A stretch of 64,000 nucleotides of DNA, taken from the human T2T-CHM13v2.0 reference genome, Homo sapiens. Every line of letters starts with the position of its first letter. Positions within the stretch are counted from its first letter, which is position 1. The notes beneath the pieces were generated by a model. It saw only the letters and a program-made list of their open reading frames with translations. It was not told where the DNA came from and did no database searches. The stretch lies in the NCBI RefSeq assembly GCF_009914755.1, contig NC_060939.1, one strand, 5' to 3'. The translations under genes were made by a program, and so were the position numbers. Shown here piece by piece: positions 13,183-24,400 of this stretch.

Positions 13183-13297
13183 AAAAGTGACCAACCATCC
13201 TGGTGTGTCCAGGACTTTTCCAGTTTTAGCACTGAAGTCCTAGATCCCAGGTATCTCCACTCCTATACTGAGAAAATCAGGATGGTTGGTCACCCTA
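13183..13297. mobile_element. MER81-like hAT-Blackjack MITE
   Basis: Perfect 16-bp terminal inverted repeats gtgaccaaccatcctg (13187-13202) and caggatggttggtcac (13278-13293); internal ttttagcactgaagtcc; about 115 bp. Confidence 0.85.
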
Positions 13298-13575
13298 AAC
13301 ACCCCGAAGATCATGAAGGCTGAGGACAGAGGGCTGGCTTATAAATTGCATTTTGCAGGAGTACTGACAATCACACTCATACCAACTTGAGCTAAAAGGA
13401 ATTTTAAAGATAACTGTATGTCTCACACCCACTTGTGGTTTTGTTAAATGCTTGCATGAGTTCTTTGGAATGTTGAAACTGCTATTTCTTTTTCTTAACG
13501 CTGAAATGTTTTTGACAGCACGCACGGGGTGTTAAATAACCTTCATGTGGACGGCAAAATCGCTCTTCCCCATGG

Positions 13576-13594
13576 TGAACACTAGGTGGCAGCG
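13576..13594 (+). promoter_or_regulatory. Candidate CTCF binding motif
   Basis: tgaacactaggtggcagcg matches the CTCF core CAC(C/T)AG(G/A)(G/T)GGC(A/G), in locally CpG-enriched, apparently unique sequence. Confidence 0.55.
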
Positions 13595-15522
13595 TGGTTC
13601 TGCGGCTCTGCAGAACACCGGGTGAATTTGGTTACAGCATTTTTGGTGCTTACCTTCGCGATGTAATTTTCCGAGAAAGGTGGGGTGATGGCTTAGTAAT
13701 TATGCAGAATATTGATAGCTTTGATTCGTTTAGAAAGTCTTGCATTCAGCTCCCACTTGTCCACAACATCGGCAACTCTAAAGCTGCTGCCCGGTGCCTG
13801 GTTTCCCAAACTACCTTGCAGAGGTGTGTGTCTGTCTCTCTTAGTGGTGTCTGTAAGGCCCTTTAACTGTACTTTTTTTTTTCTTATCACTGTTCTACCC
13901 CATCTCCTCTTCTTTTTGTGCGTAGGTATTTCTGTTATCATTACTGTCATCTTTTCCAGTTATGTAACTCCTTTTGTTCTTATACTGTTAGTATAACCCT
14001 TGTGTCCGAGAACCAGAGATTCCAAATTAGCAGGGGATCCTGTCAGGTCATTCCAAACAAAATAAGGCCAAGATTAGGACTTTGGCTACGCAGTACATAA
14101 AACAAAACAAAAACAAAAGATACTAATTTTAAGAAGAAAATACTTCTTTGCCTTACCTAATTCCAGTCCCTAGGTCCCTCAGTTTGCACCTAAACCCCTA
14201 GAGACTAGGATTTGTCTTGTTGGGAGCTTCTTGGGTGTGCCCATGCAAGGATGGCTCGCCCTGTGTAATCTGCCATTTCCTGGTAACCTGGGTGTCCTGT
14301 GCCTTCTCCAAGTCACTCATTAGCCACTGAAGCCCTGCCCTTAGAGCCTGAGGGTATGGGTCACCCTTACTGGGAGGCCAGCAGCTCTAGAATCTGTAGC
14401 AGTGGTCATTTAATACACACTCCATTCTGATACTGAGCTGTTCAGGCAAGGAGTTTCTCAAGCCAGGCTGCCAGGCAGGCTGGCCTTCCTTCTCCTTGAA
14501 TTCCATGGGAACTGTGCCTCATCCAGTCCACCAGGACTACAAAGAACAAGATGGGGAATGCAGGGACTCTGAGACATTCTCTCCAAGGAGCTCCACTCAC
14601 GTGGATGTCCAGGAAAGCTCAGACATCTGTATCATTTTTCATTTTGTTTCCCCAAGGACTCTGGGTACACTTGACACCAATTAAGTACCCCCTCTGCCCT
14701 AACATGTTTAGGAATTGTGTGAATTACCATTACAGAGACATGATTTTTTGAGAAGAGTTTGAGGTATTAGTTCAACAAATATCTATCAAGTCTTTTTGTC
14801 TTATGTTTACACTGAGAGGCCCAGTAAAGGGTGAATCTGAATAACTACTTGGTGAGTTTCCACAAGCACAGCTGATTTGAGTAGCTTGAGCCCCAAACAG
14901 CCATTTTCCCCTCAACAGCCATGTTTGTGGTCCTGGATTTAATAGGGCAAAGTCTTAAATGTCCTTTTCACTTTGACTCATCAAGACCAGCCACATTTTT
15001 AAGCAGTACAACCAGTAGTATTTCTCTTTCCCTTGTGATCCCTTCACCCTGAAAACTTCTGTTTTCAAAATCCCGTGAGCCTTTTTAGGCTCTTAATATA
15101 CCACAAGATAAACTAAGAAAAAAGTCTTAATGTGGAATAGGTGATGCAGAGGGGTGCAGGTATTCCCAAAGATGGTGAGAGAAAAGGAAGAGACACCTTT
15201 CCATCATAGCCAGAGCAATCCATTGTCTGCTAAGAGTTCTAAGAAGGGAATGGCATATAGAGTTCTGGAGGGGACTAGTTGATACTTAAATATTCCCAGC
15301 CATAGAATTAGTGGTGCTTAGACTGAAGACCTTTCATTTTGCCTCTTCTTGTCTTGAACCCGTTTGATGACTGTGTAGAGATATTGCTTGTAGCACTGCC
15401 AAAGGTTGGGATCAATGGATAGCAGTCCTAGTGAATAAAGCTCCTTTTGTTCCAGCAGCTCCTGTTACCAGTTAAAATGTTCTCCTAATAATCAGTGCTC
15501 ACTTGTGATCTTGACTTTTCAG

Positions 15523-15570
15523 AATGGACTTCGATGATGAAGATGGTGAAGGCCCCAGTAAATTTTCAAG
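15523..15570 (+). CDS. ARNT2: ARNT2 coding exon 3 (48 nt, phase 2 to 2): (G)MDFDDEDGEGPSKFS(R)
   Basis: Acceptor cttttcag ending 15522, donor AAG|gtaagt at 15571. In frame with exons 2 and 4; resembles ARNT LDFDDDGEGNSKFLR. Confidence 0.96.
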
Positions 15571-18500
15571 GTAAGTTTATTTTATTTTCCTTAGACTTAA
15601 AGAAGGCAATAGCCAGCATTCACCTTAGAAAGATACAAGAATGTAACGTCTTTTGTCATTGCAAAAGCCATTGCCTGCAGTTTGACTGGTCCCTCACTCT
15701 GTGGCAGTATTTGGCCCAGTGGCAGCTAGCTATTAGCGACCCTGCCACATCCCAGCAGAGATGATCAAAAGGTAAGTAATAAGTTATTAACTCTGTTTGC
15801 TTTATAAGAAATTAATGTCAATTTTAAGGATTCATTTTAAAAAGACAATAGGGCTTTTTAAAAAGTATTTTTAAAAATTCCTATGTCTTTTAAAAAGGAA
15901 TCTATTAAAATTAATATTCATTGCTTATAAAGCAAACAGAGGAATTCATTCTTCCTGAAAAGCCCTAGAGTTCAAGTTTAGAAAAAACTGTCAAGATAAG
16001 TCTTTTATTGCTACCATGGAAAATAAGAAGAGATATGAGAAACCAGGCAGCTGTGTTCTGGATGCAGGATAGAAAACTGGGTTTTCAGCTCCTAAGAACT
16101 GTATTGCCCCCTGGCCACGTGACAGCATCTTTATCTGGGCTCTGCGGGGCCGTCCTGAGTGCAGACCACCTCATGGAAAGTTTGCTGGATCATGAATGTC
16201 CATGGGTTATACACATTGCATACGTGAAGGATAAGGCAGGCCCAACCCCATGACTGTGTCTTTTTTTTTTTTCCATTTTGTTTAAGATATGGTAGGAAGT
16301 TTGGCAGTGTTGACAGGAAGGCACAAATCATTCCATCATTCTTAGCAAAATTCACATCTGTACCCACTTACCTAAGGAAGGGCCTGCCTTGACATTCCTC
16401 TCCACTAGCCAAGCCTCCAAGCCTTCCTAATTCTTGGTCATTGATGGACTTGAAAACTTGCCATGGGTGACGGTTGCTTTTCTTCTGTATCCATGCTCCA
16501 TAGTTTGGACTGATGGCCTCAGTTGTTTTTGGAGGAACCACATGCATATTGAGTTCTGGGCCCCCTGAGTTACCCTAGTTTTCTCCCCTCATGGTAGCCA
16601 TTTTTGGTGATGATTCCTTTTACAAACTGCATTGCGATTGTGAGTTCCACACACTTTTCCACCAGTCCAACAGGGACATGCATCTCCTTACTTCCCAGGG
16701 ATTCCCAGAGTCTCCAAGTCCATAGTAAACTCGCATCATGCCATACACTTTCGTCCCCAAAATCTTTTCCTTCCGTCTTTCAGCTTCTGCTTTGGTTGAA
16801 ACAGTAGAGAGGAGATGGAGAACATTTTGGTCACTAATGACCTTGGAGTTTCGAATCAAAACAGGACATGAGTTTCAATAACAAAAGCATGTATTGTTTT
16901 CCCTCGGTGCAGACAGAATGGCAGCTTGGACATCCACCCATTTCTTGGGATACACTTTAATAGCAGGGTGTGCTTTCTTGCTGAAATGGAAACAAGGGCA
17001 CATATCTCCCTGCCCCAGTTTGCTCTCGATGTACACAGCCTCCCTCTATGAAGGAACAATGACTTTGGTTCCTCCGTGTCAAAATTCCCCTTGAGATAAC
17101 ATTCCATAGCATGCTAACCTTAGGAAATGATGATTCCTGGGGCCTGAAAACATAAAGAGGAAGAGAGATGAGGAGTGACGTTTGTTTGACATTGAAAAGA
17201 TCAGTGTCAGTGATGAAATAATAGTGCAGGGGTACAAAGAGCTCATTGTATTAGGCCCGATCATTAAGAAACAGAAACTCTACACTCTGGGTAACTATCT
17301 CATGACTGTGTCTGTGAGTCCATTTTTATACAGTCAAGGTTCAAACCCAGGCATCTGTGAACCATATCATTTCCCCCATGAAAAATAAGGAAGATAGGAT
17401 GTGTTTCCAGCATGTGCTGTTACTAATAGGAATGAGTTTGTAGGACCGCAGAGGCCCAGAGGTCACCTAGGCTTAGCTGCTGGGCCCTCAGTGAATGGGC
17501 CCATGGTTGCATCTGAGCTTCTCAGCACTGGGAGAGACGACTGAGTCCACCCTCATCCCTCCACTTTGCAGTGACTGTGGCTGCTGTCCAGGGGAGGAGT
17601 GGAGAATCTGCTTCCAATTGGCATGGAACACCCCAGTGCCTCTCCTGTTGGCTTTTTCTCTTCTTACAATCAGGCAACAGAAGCCCCTTCATGTGAGGCC
17701 CTGGAAGAGATAGAGGCTGCCTTGTGAGCCAGCACCCACCGTAGTTTGCTGACTCAGAATCTAGGCAGGGTGCTGTGCCATGGTTTCTGTCTCCTGTGTG
17801 TGTGCCATCAGCTTTTCCAGCTTTTTGCAAGGGGGCTTCCCAGTTTAAATGTCCTGCCTATCATGAGACCTCATGTCTCAATTTTTGATTTGGGAAGTGT
17901 GGTCACAGTCACAAAGCAGCTCAATTATAGGAATTTGGTATGGTTCCTACTTTAGCACAGCCAGGCCCATCACAGCAGGCCTTAGATGCAACAAAGTAGT
18001 AGATGTGAAGCTGCCACTGCTGTGTGACCTCAGGTGCACACACAAGCACGCACATGCACACGCCCATACGTGCATAGGCATTCCAGGATCCCGCCTGCCA
18101 GTGCCATAAATGTTCTCAGGCCCGCTCCACCACATCCCAAGGCCTCAGCTCTTTCTCACACATGGGATTCATGCCATTCGGGGAGCTGTGATATGCAGAA
18201 CATGGCTCTGCCTACATTCGAAGTTTCCTTCCCCCCACACAAAGTCACGGGGACCCGGGGGACAGAAGCCAGACTGCAGTGGGCTGAGGACTGATGGGGA
18301 GATGAAGACATGAAGATGCGTGAGAACAACTCTTTGAGCAGTTTGGATGTAGATCAAAAAGGAAGGGGCTCCGGGAGGGGTACTTTTTAAGGATGAGTAC
18401 ATCCATGTGAGGAGGAGAAGTAATGGGGATAGCCAGAGATTTGGAAGACTCAGGAGTGACGCTGGGGAGAGATGGGTCCAGAGGAGGAGGAGAGAGCTCT

Positions 18501-21067
18501 GCCCCACAGAAGGGAGTACTCATGCTCCAAGGCAGAAGGAAGGAGCTGCAGGTGAGGCCAAGTGCGAGGCTGTGGGTGCATCAGAAGTGGAGGGATTAAT
18601 TCTCGTGGCTTCCATTGTCTTGATTAGGTAGGAAATGGGGCTGTGTGCCTCAGGTGGGAAGAGGTTTGCTATTGTGCCTGAGAGCGAAGTTTAGGGTGGC
18701 CCTGGGTTGAATTCACAGGAAGGAGGCTAACCGAAGACAGAGATGTAAAAACTTTAGACCCCATTTGAGATTGTGGACCACCAATGTGAGGTGGCATCAA
18801 TGTGTATAAGTGCAATTTCCCTCCAGCAATACCCAACGGTGTGGATACAGGGAATGGAGGCTTTTCTCAGACTCAGGGTTGAGGATTAGGGCAGGTGCCA
18901 TGGAAGGACAGGAGTCGAGGTGGTTAAGGTCTCAATGAGAGGGTGGTTGAAGAGGCCAAGCTGTGGGTCCAATGGCAGAGGGAGTGAAGGGAGGCCGGCA
19001 GGCCGGAGGAGTGAGAAGAGAATGGAGGAGGCCGGGGACGGGAAGTAGCAATGCGGTCAAAGAATAGTTCTGATTTTGTGGGAGTTTGAGAGGGCTGGAA
19101 AAGTAGGAAGTTGTGGTCAAATAGTGAGAAGCCACCACCATGGGAGAGGCTGGCCGAGGTCCAGTAGAGGAGGCCGAGGTCAGTCCTGGGAGCAGAGGCA
19201 TGGGGAGACAGATGGGTGGGTGTGCATCACCCCCTGCAGAGGCTGTCTTGGGGGTGGTCTGGGGGCAGGGGCTGGCTGGCTGTGTGGGTGGGCAGTGGTG
19301 ATGATGATGCAGAGCCTAGAAGGTGGCAGAGACGGATGGCACGAGTTTCAGAGGAGGAGGCCTTTCTGCCAAGGAGGCAAAAAGGAGTGAAGTCGCAGAG
19401 CCAGCCTTTCTTCCTGGGCTCAGCCAAGAAAGCAGCCTCCACTGGGAATGCTTGGCTTGACCTCACTCTTGGAATTCCAGTTATCAAGTCACTGATCCTA
19501 ACAGCAGGTGGTGATAAACCCTGTGTCTTTGGAAAAATGCCGATTACACTCCAGCAAGTGTTTCTCCAAAGATGATCCTCCCGGGCAGCTGGTAGTGGTG
19601 CCGCACCCTCCTATAGTGAGGTCGGCACCAGTCCCTCCCTGGTTCCTGTGCCTGTGTGGATGGCCCTGGTGTGCCTGGGAGGCAGATGCCAGTCCTGCCC
19701 AGCACGTCCTGCAACCTCACACTCAAGCAGAGGGCCAAAGCCTTTTCATCACTCTGAGTGGTTCAGGGGCATCTTCCTACTTTAATGGACCCTTAGATTG
19801 ATACATTTTTCTAGGGAGTTCCAGGACACCTTCTCATACCGGCAGCTGGGGTCAGCTGCCACCAGTACATGGAGGCATCTTAAATATTGTTTCATAAGGG
19901 GCATTACTAACATCCCAGAGCTGTCATCAACAGAGTCAAAATTATACACCGTGCTCATCGTGTGCCTTACGTATGTGAATGTATGCGTAATGTTTCATTA
20001 AAACAAAAGAGAGGAAACATTCCTAATGTAACTGTCTTTTTGTTACATTTACAACTTGGGGACAAACAAGCATGCAGTCCTCAAACTTTAATTCTTGCCA
20101 CTGTGTATTATCTGTATATTTTTGCTCCCTTCAGACTCATTCCACACCCTTTCTCAAAAGTCCCTAAAGGCCTTCCAAGGAGTTCTCGTATCTGTTGCTG
20201 TGGATTCAGCTCCAGTGCTTGGAGCCTCCTAAGAGCTTGGACTCAAAATCCCTTATCAAGGGGCTTCCTGGCCTCTCTTTAACCTTTTTAGAAATGGCTG
20301 CAAGTGACCCCATTGGCTGCTCTTTGGTGAGATTGTAGCACCCAGTTGCACCAGTCCAACATTGTGCCTTATATTTTGTAGAGTTAGCCAGTGAACCTCT
20401 AAAGTTATCTAAAAGTAAAGATATTCACGGTAGGAAAGCTTCTGCAGAATTGACCTTTTGTTTCTCATCACGTCCATTTTGGTACTTCCCTTTTGGTTTT
20501 GTGTGGTATTTAAGCTTGTAGGCATTTTCCCCCCTGGCTTTATAGGTTGTGGTGATGTTTTAGTTTTAATCATTCCTGCTTTGTGAGTAGGTATCATGAC
20601 CAAAACTCTGTTGATAAGGAAAATATGCAAGGTAGACGTGTCCTGCAGAGGTCTTTCCCGGCAGAAAGAAAAGAAGATTGTGGGTTTCCAGAATTCTTAG
20701 TCTGAGCGTCTTAGCCTAGAGAGTGGGTTACTCTGTTTCCAAGTGAGAAGACGCCTAAAGTATTTCCAAGGCAGAGAGGATGACCAGGCAGCAGCAAGGA
20801 GTGCCCCTTTTTTTATCTGGCCTCATCTTATCAGTTACCATGTGTGGGACACACTGGATGAGTACGTGAGGTCCTTGTAAGGCAGGAAGAGATTCAGCCG
20901 AGCCTTTCAGAGGTTGCAGAGCAAATGCCAAGAGGAGCCCTTCCAAACTTCCCATGCCTCCTCCCTGCCTCTACAAGTCTCAGTTCATATGAACCAGACA
21001 AGTGTTGCAGATAAGCTGGGTAGAACTTGGTACAGTGTTGCTTATGAGCAACTAAAGTTGCTTCAGT

Positions 21068-21098
21068 GGGTTAGGGTTAGGGTTAGGGTTAGGGTTAG
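21068..21098 (+). repeat. Short interstitial telomeric sequence GGG(TTAGGG)4TTAG
   Basis: 31 bp of perfect vertebrate telomeric repeat. Confidence 0.95.
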
Positions 21099-21125
21099 CA
21101 CACACTGGAATGAAAGATTTTGTAG

Positions 21126-21459
<334 letters not shown>

Positions 21460-24400
21460 TGATTTCTTCATACAAGATGTTTGGCTCTCACATGATGGAC
21501 CTGCACCTTGATGCGTTTCTTACCATGTTTAGCTATGCTACCCGCTTCAGTTTTTCTGCTGGAGAGATTAACCCTGATTTGAAATGATAGTGCCTGGATA
21601 ACACTAGAGTTTTTTGGAGAGAGAGGAGGAAATCACTTCTGGGATCATAAGCAGTCCTGAGCTGTGTCTCTTTGGAAGCTGCTAGGCATATTCTTCCCCC
21701 ATAAAGCCTTAAATATCTTTGCTCCCTAGTCTCTCCGGGCATTCTAGCTCTGAACTAGGACCAGTTAGTGCTCTGTTGGGGAGAGGTGGTGAGAGAGAGG
21801 CAGCAGGTGACTGGCAGGCCTGTTCCCAGTCCTGGTAAGTCAGTGTGACCCTTGGAGCCTCAGCTTCCTCCTCTGGGGAAAGGAGATACATCCCGATTGG
21901 GGGCTGGGGGTGGGGGGTTGCAAGGATCGATTGCAGTCAGTGCTGAGAGAGTGCTTGGGAAGCTGTAAGTTGCTATAGAAACATGCAAGATGTGTGTCTC
22001 ACTGGGAACAGGGATTGTCAGAGGTGCCGGGCCTGGGTCCCTGCTTGGGAGGATCTGGGCTTCTCAGACTCCTCCCTGTGTTTTGGGTGAGTCTTGCATT
22101 CAGCCTGGACACACAGGTATCTTGTAGTTGCCTTGCAGAAACCTGGGCCTTGGATGGCTTCTGGGGAGCAGGATGCCTACCTCCTTCTCAAGGAGAGAGC
22201 AACCCTCTGCCCTTCCTGGAGCAGCCTCAGAAGCTGGGAAAACTGCCTTACTGAATATGCCTCAGTGGGCCCTCTCTGCAGGTATCTGACCAGCCTCCAT
22301 GGGGCTCCTGAAATGGCTTTCTTCTGGCCTTCATGGCTCTTACAATGCCCTGCAGCATGCCTGGGAGCGACTGGCCATGAAGGATGTTCCTGGAAAGGTA
22401 CAGTCTTCCTTCCCGAGTGTCACCGAGGTGGGGCAGAGCCAGTCTGTGCCTAATACTGCACCAGAGGCTGCTGACAGCTGACCAGGACTCATGTGTAGAC
22501 CCCCACGCAGCCACTCTTGGTCTGATGACTCCCCCAGGCTACCTCTGAAGGCCAGGTGGTATGAGCCTATGCAAAGGGTCTCTTCCTACAGTTCTGACTC
22601 TACCCTAACTGGTCAAATCTCACAGAGAAATCCCTAGTAGGGGAAGACGGGGATTGATGCTTCCTTTGCTTGAGAAGTGCTGAAGCCCTTTACTGGAATT
22701 GCAGGCAGAAAGCCTTGTTTGTTCAGTAACTTGAGCCATGCACAGTTTGGTGAATTGTCCAAGAGCAGAGGTTATCCCTGTGTGCTGGGTGAATTCTGAA
22801 AAGGAAAAAACTCCTGGTGTCTGGTCTTCCAGTTCTAGTGCAATCTGGGGAAATGAGCACAAATTCTGCCCTGAGTGAGGCCTGTTTCCAAGCCCGATGG
22901 CTTTGAGAGTGGCAGCTGCTTGGTGATGCTTCTCCAGGTTGGGGAGAAGCTTTATGTTTATTTTCAGCAGGTCTGTTGTTTGGACTGCTGTGGCCTGGAG
23001 AGGGGTGTGGACCTCAGGAGGTAGAAATGGAAGCTGAGGCATCATGGAGAAATGTGGTCCTGGTGCCATCTGCAGCAGGGCTGCTCTACAGACATTCCAC
23101 GTGTGTAGAGCTTCATGTAGCTCTGAAGCTGGCAGTGAGGTGTAGTGACCAGTCGTATTATTTCAAGTGCTGACTTCTCAGATTTGGACCATGGCAGTGT
23201 AGGTGGCCTGGCTAGAGCTAGACTTGGTCATATCTCTCTCATAGTATCCTGCATCAGCCCACCTGCTGCCTTGAGGTGCCCACACCTGATCACCCTGACA
23301 TGAGCAAAGAGGAGGCTGCAGAAGCACTTAGGTTTATGTCGTGGCTCCTCTCAGCCAGGCCTGCGTGGGGACTTTCAGTGTCCCATGTCCTAGGGTTCCT
23401 GGGTATTTCCTGGGACTTTTTCACAGGGAGCTCTCCCCATCGCACACTCTCAGCATCCTCTTCTGACCTTTTAGTGTACAAGGAAACCACACAGGGATTG
23501 TGTTTGCACCTGCTCACTCTCTGTTGCCCCTGCTTTTCCGTGGGCTCTCTGTCCTGTCCAGCACCCGTCTCCAGTACCCAGCACAGTAACTCCCAGACTG
23601 GAAGTATGCTCCAGGTATACCATGTCTGCAGTGATCAGGGAGTTCCCAGCATGGGGCTGTCTCATTCAGTCTGCTTGCTCCGGGTCTAAGGTTCCCTTCC
23701 CATAGCAGACAGGAGACTCAACGGCTGTCAGCAGTTTAAGGATGCTCTTTATTGAGATCTTATAAAATTCTCCTTTCGTATTCTTTAACTAAGATGGGTA
23801 CCTCACCGTTCAGATTAAACTTAGGAGGTCCCCATCAGGAACAGAGTTGGAAAAGAAACACAAGTCAGTGTGCAGTTAGTTGAACCTCTTCTTTCTGTGC
23901 CTTGATTTCCATAGCTGTGCTCCTGGAGCCAAGCTCTGGGTCCTCTTAGCACAGCAGAGGTGTCTTTGAAACTGACAGCTCTACCTGTGTCCCCAACTGT
24001 CAATTCTGTGGAGTCCTGGTCCTGCTTCCCTGTACATAGGAGTTAATTTCTTTATTGATGCTACTCAGCCCCGAGCAAGCATGTGGTACACACGCAAGTC
24101 ACAGACACCAGGTTCACAGGCTCACTCCTGCAGCTCCTCCAGGCAGACCCCAAATTGTCTCCTCACTCTGGGGAAGAGATGGCCTTGCCCCAGCAAACAT
24201 GATCTTGGAGATATGTCCTTCTGTGTTCCCAAGATGGCATCATCCCCGCTGCCTTGATGAAGGCTTCAGAATGAAACCGTACATACATATGTGTATGTCA
24301 CTCACTTATCAAATCTTGTTGCTAAGTAATTGGCAGCTGTCAGTCATTTTGACATTCTGCTGGTAACTCAGTATTATTTCATAAAATATAAAGTACTTGG

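Noticed and set aside
19296-19344. GDDDAEPRRWQRRMAR, superficially like the ARNT/fish arnt2 DDD...AR 15-aa exons
   Set aside because: 49 nt between AG and GT (frameshifting), no pyrimidine tract, and it lies in purine-rich L2-like sequence; likely coincidence.
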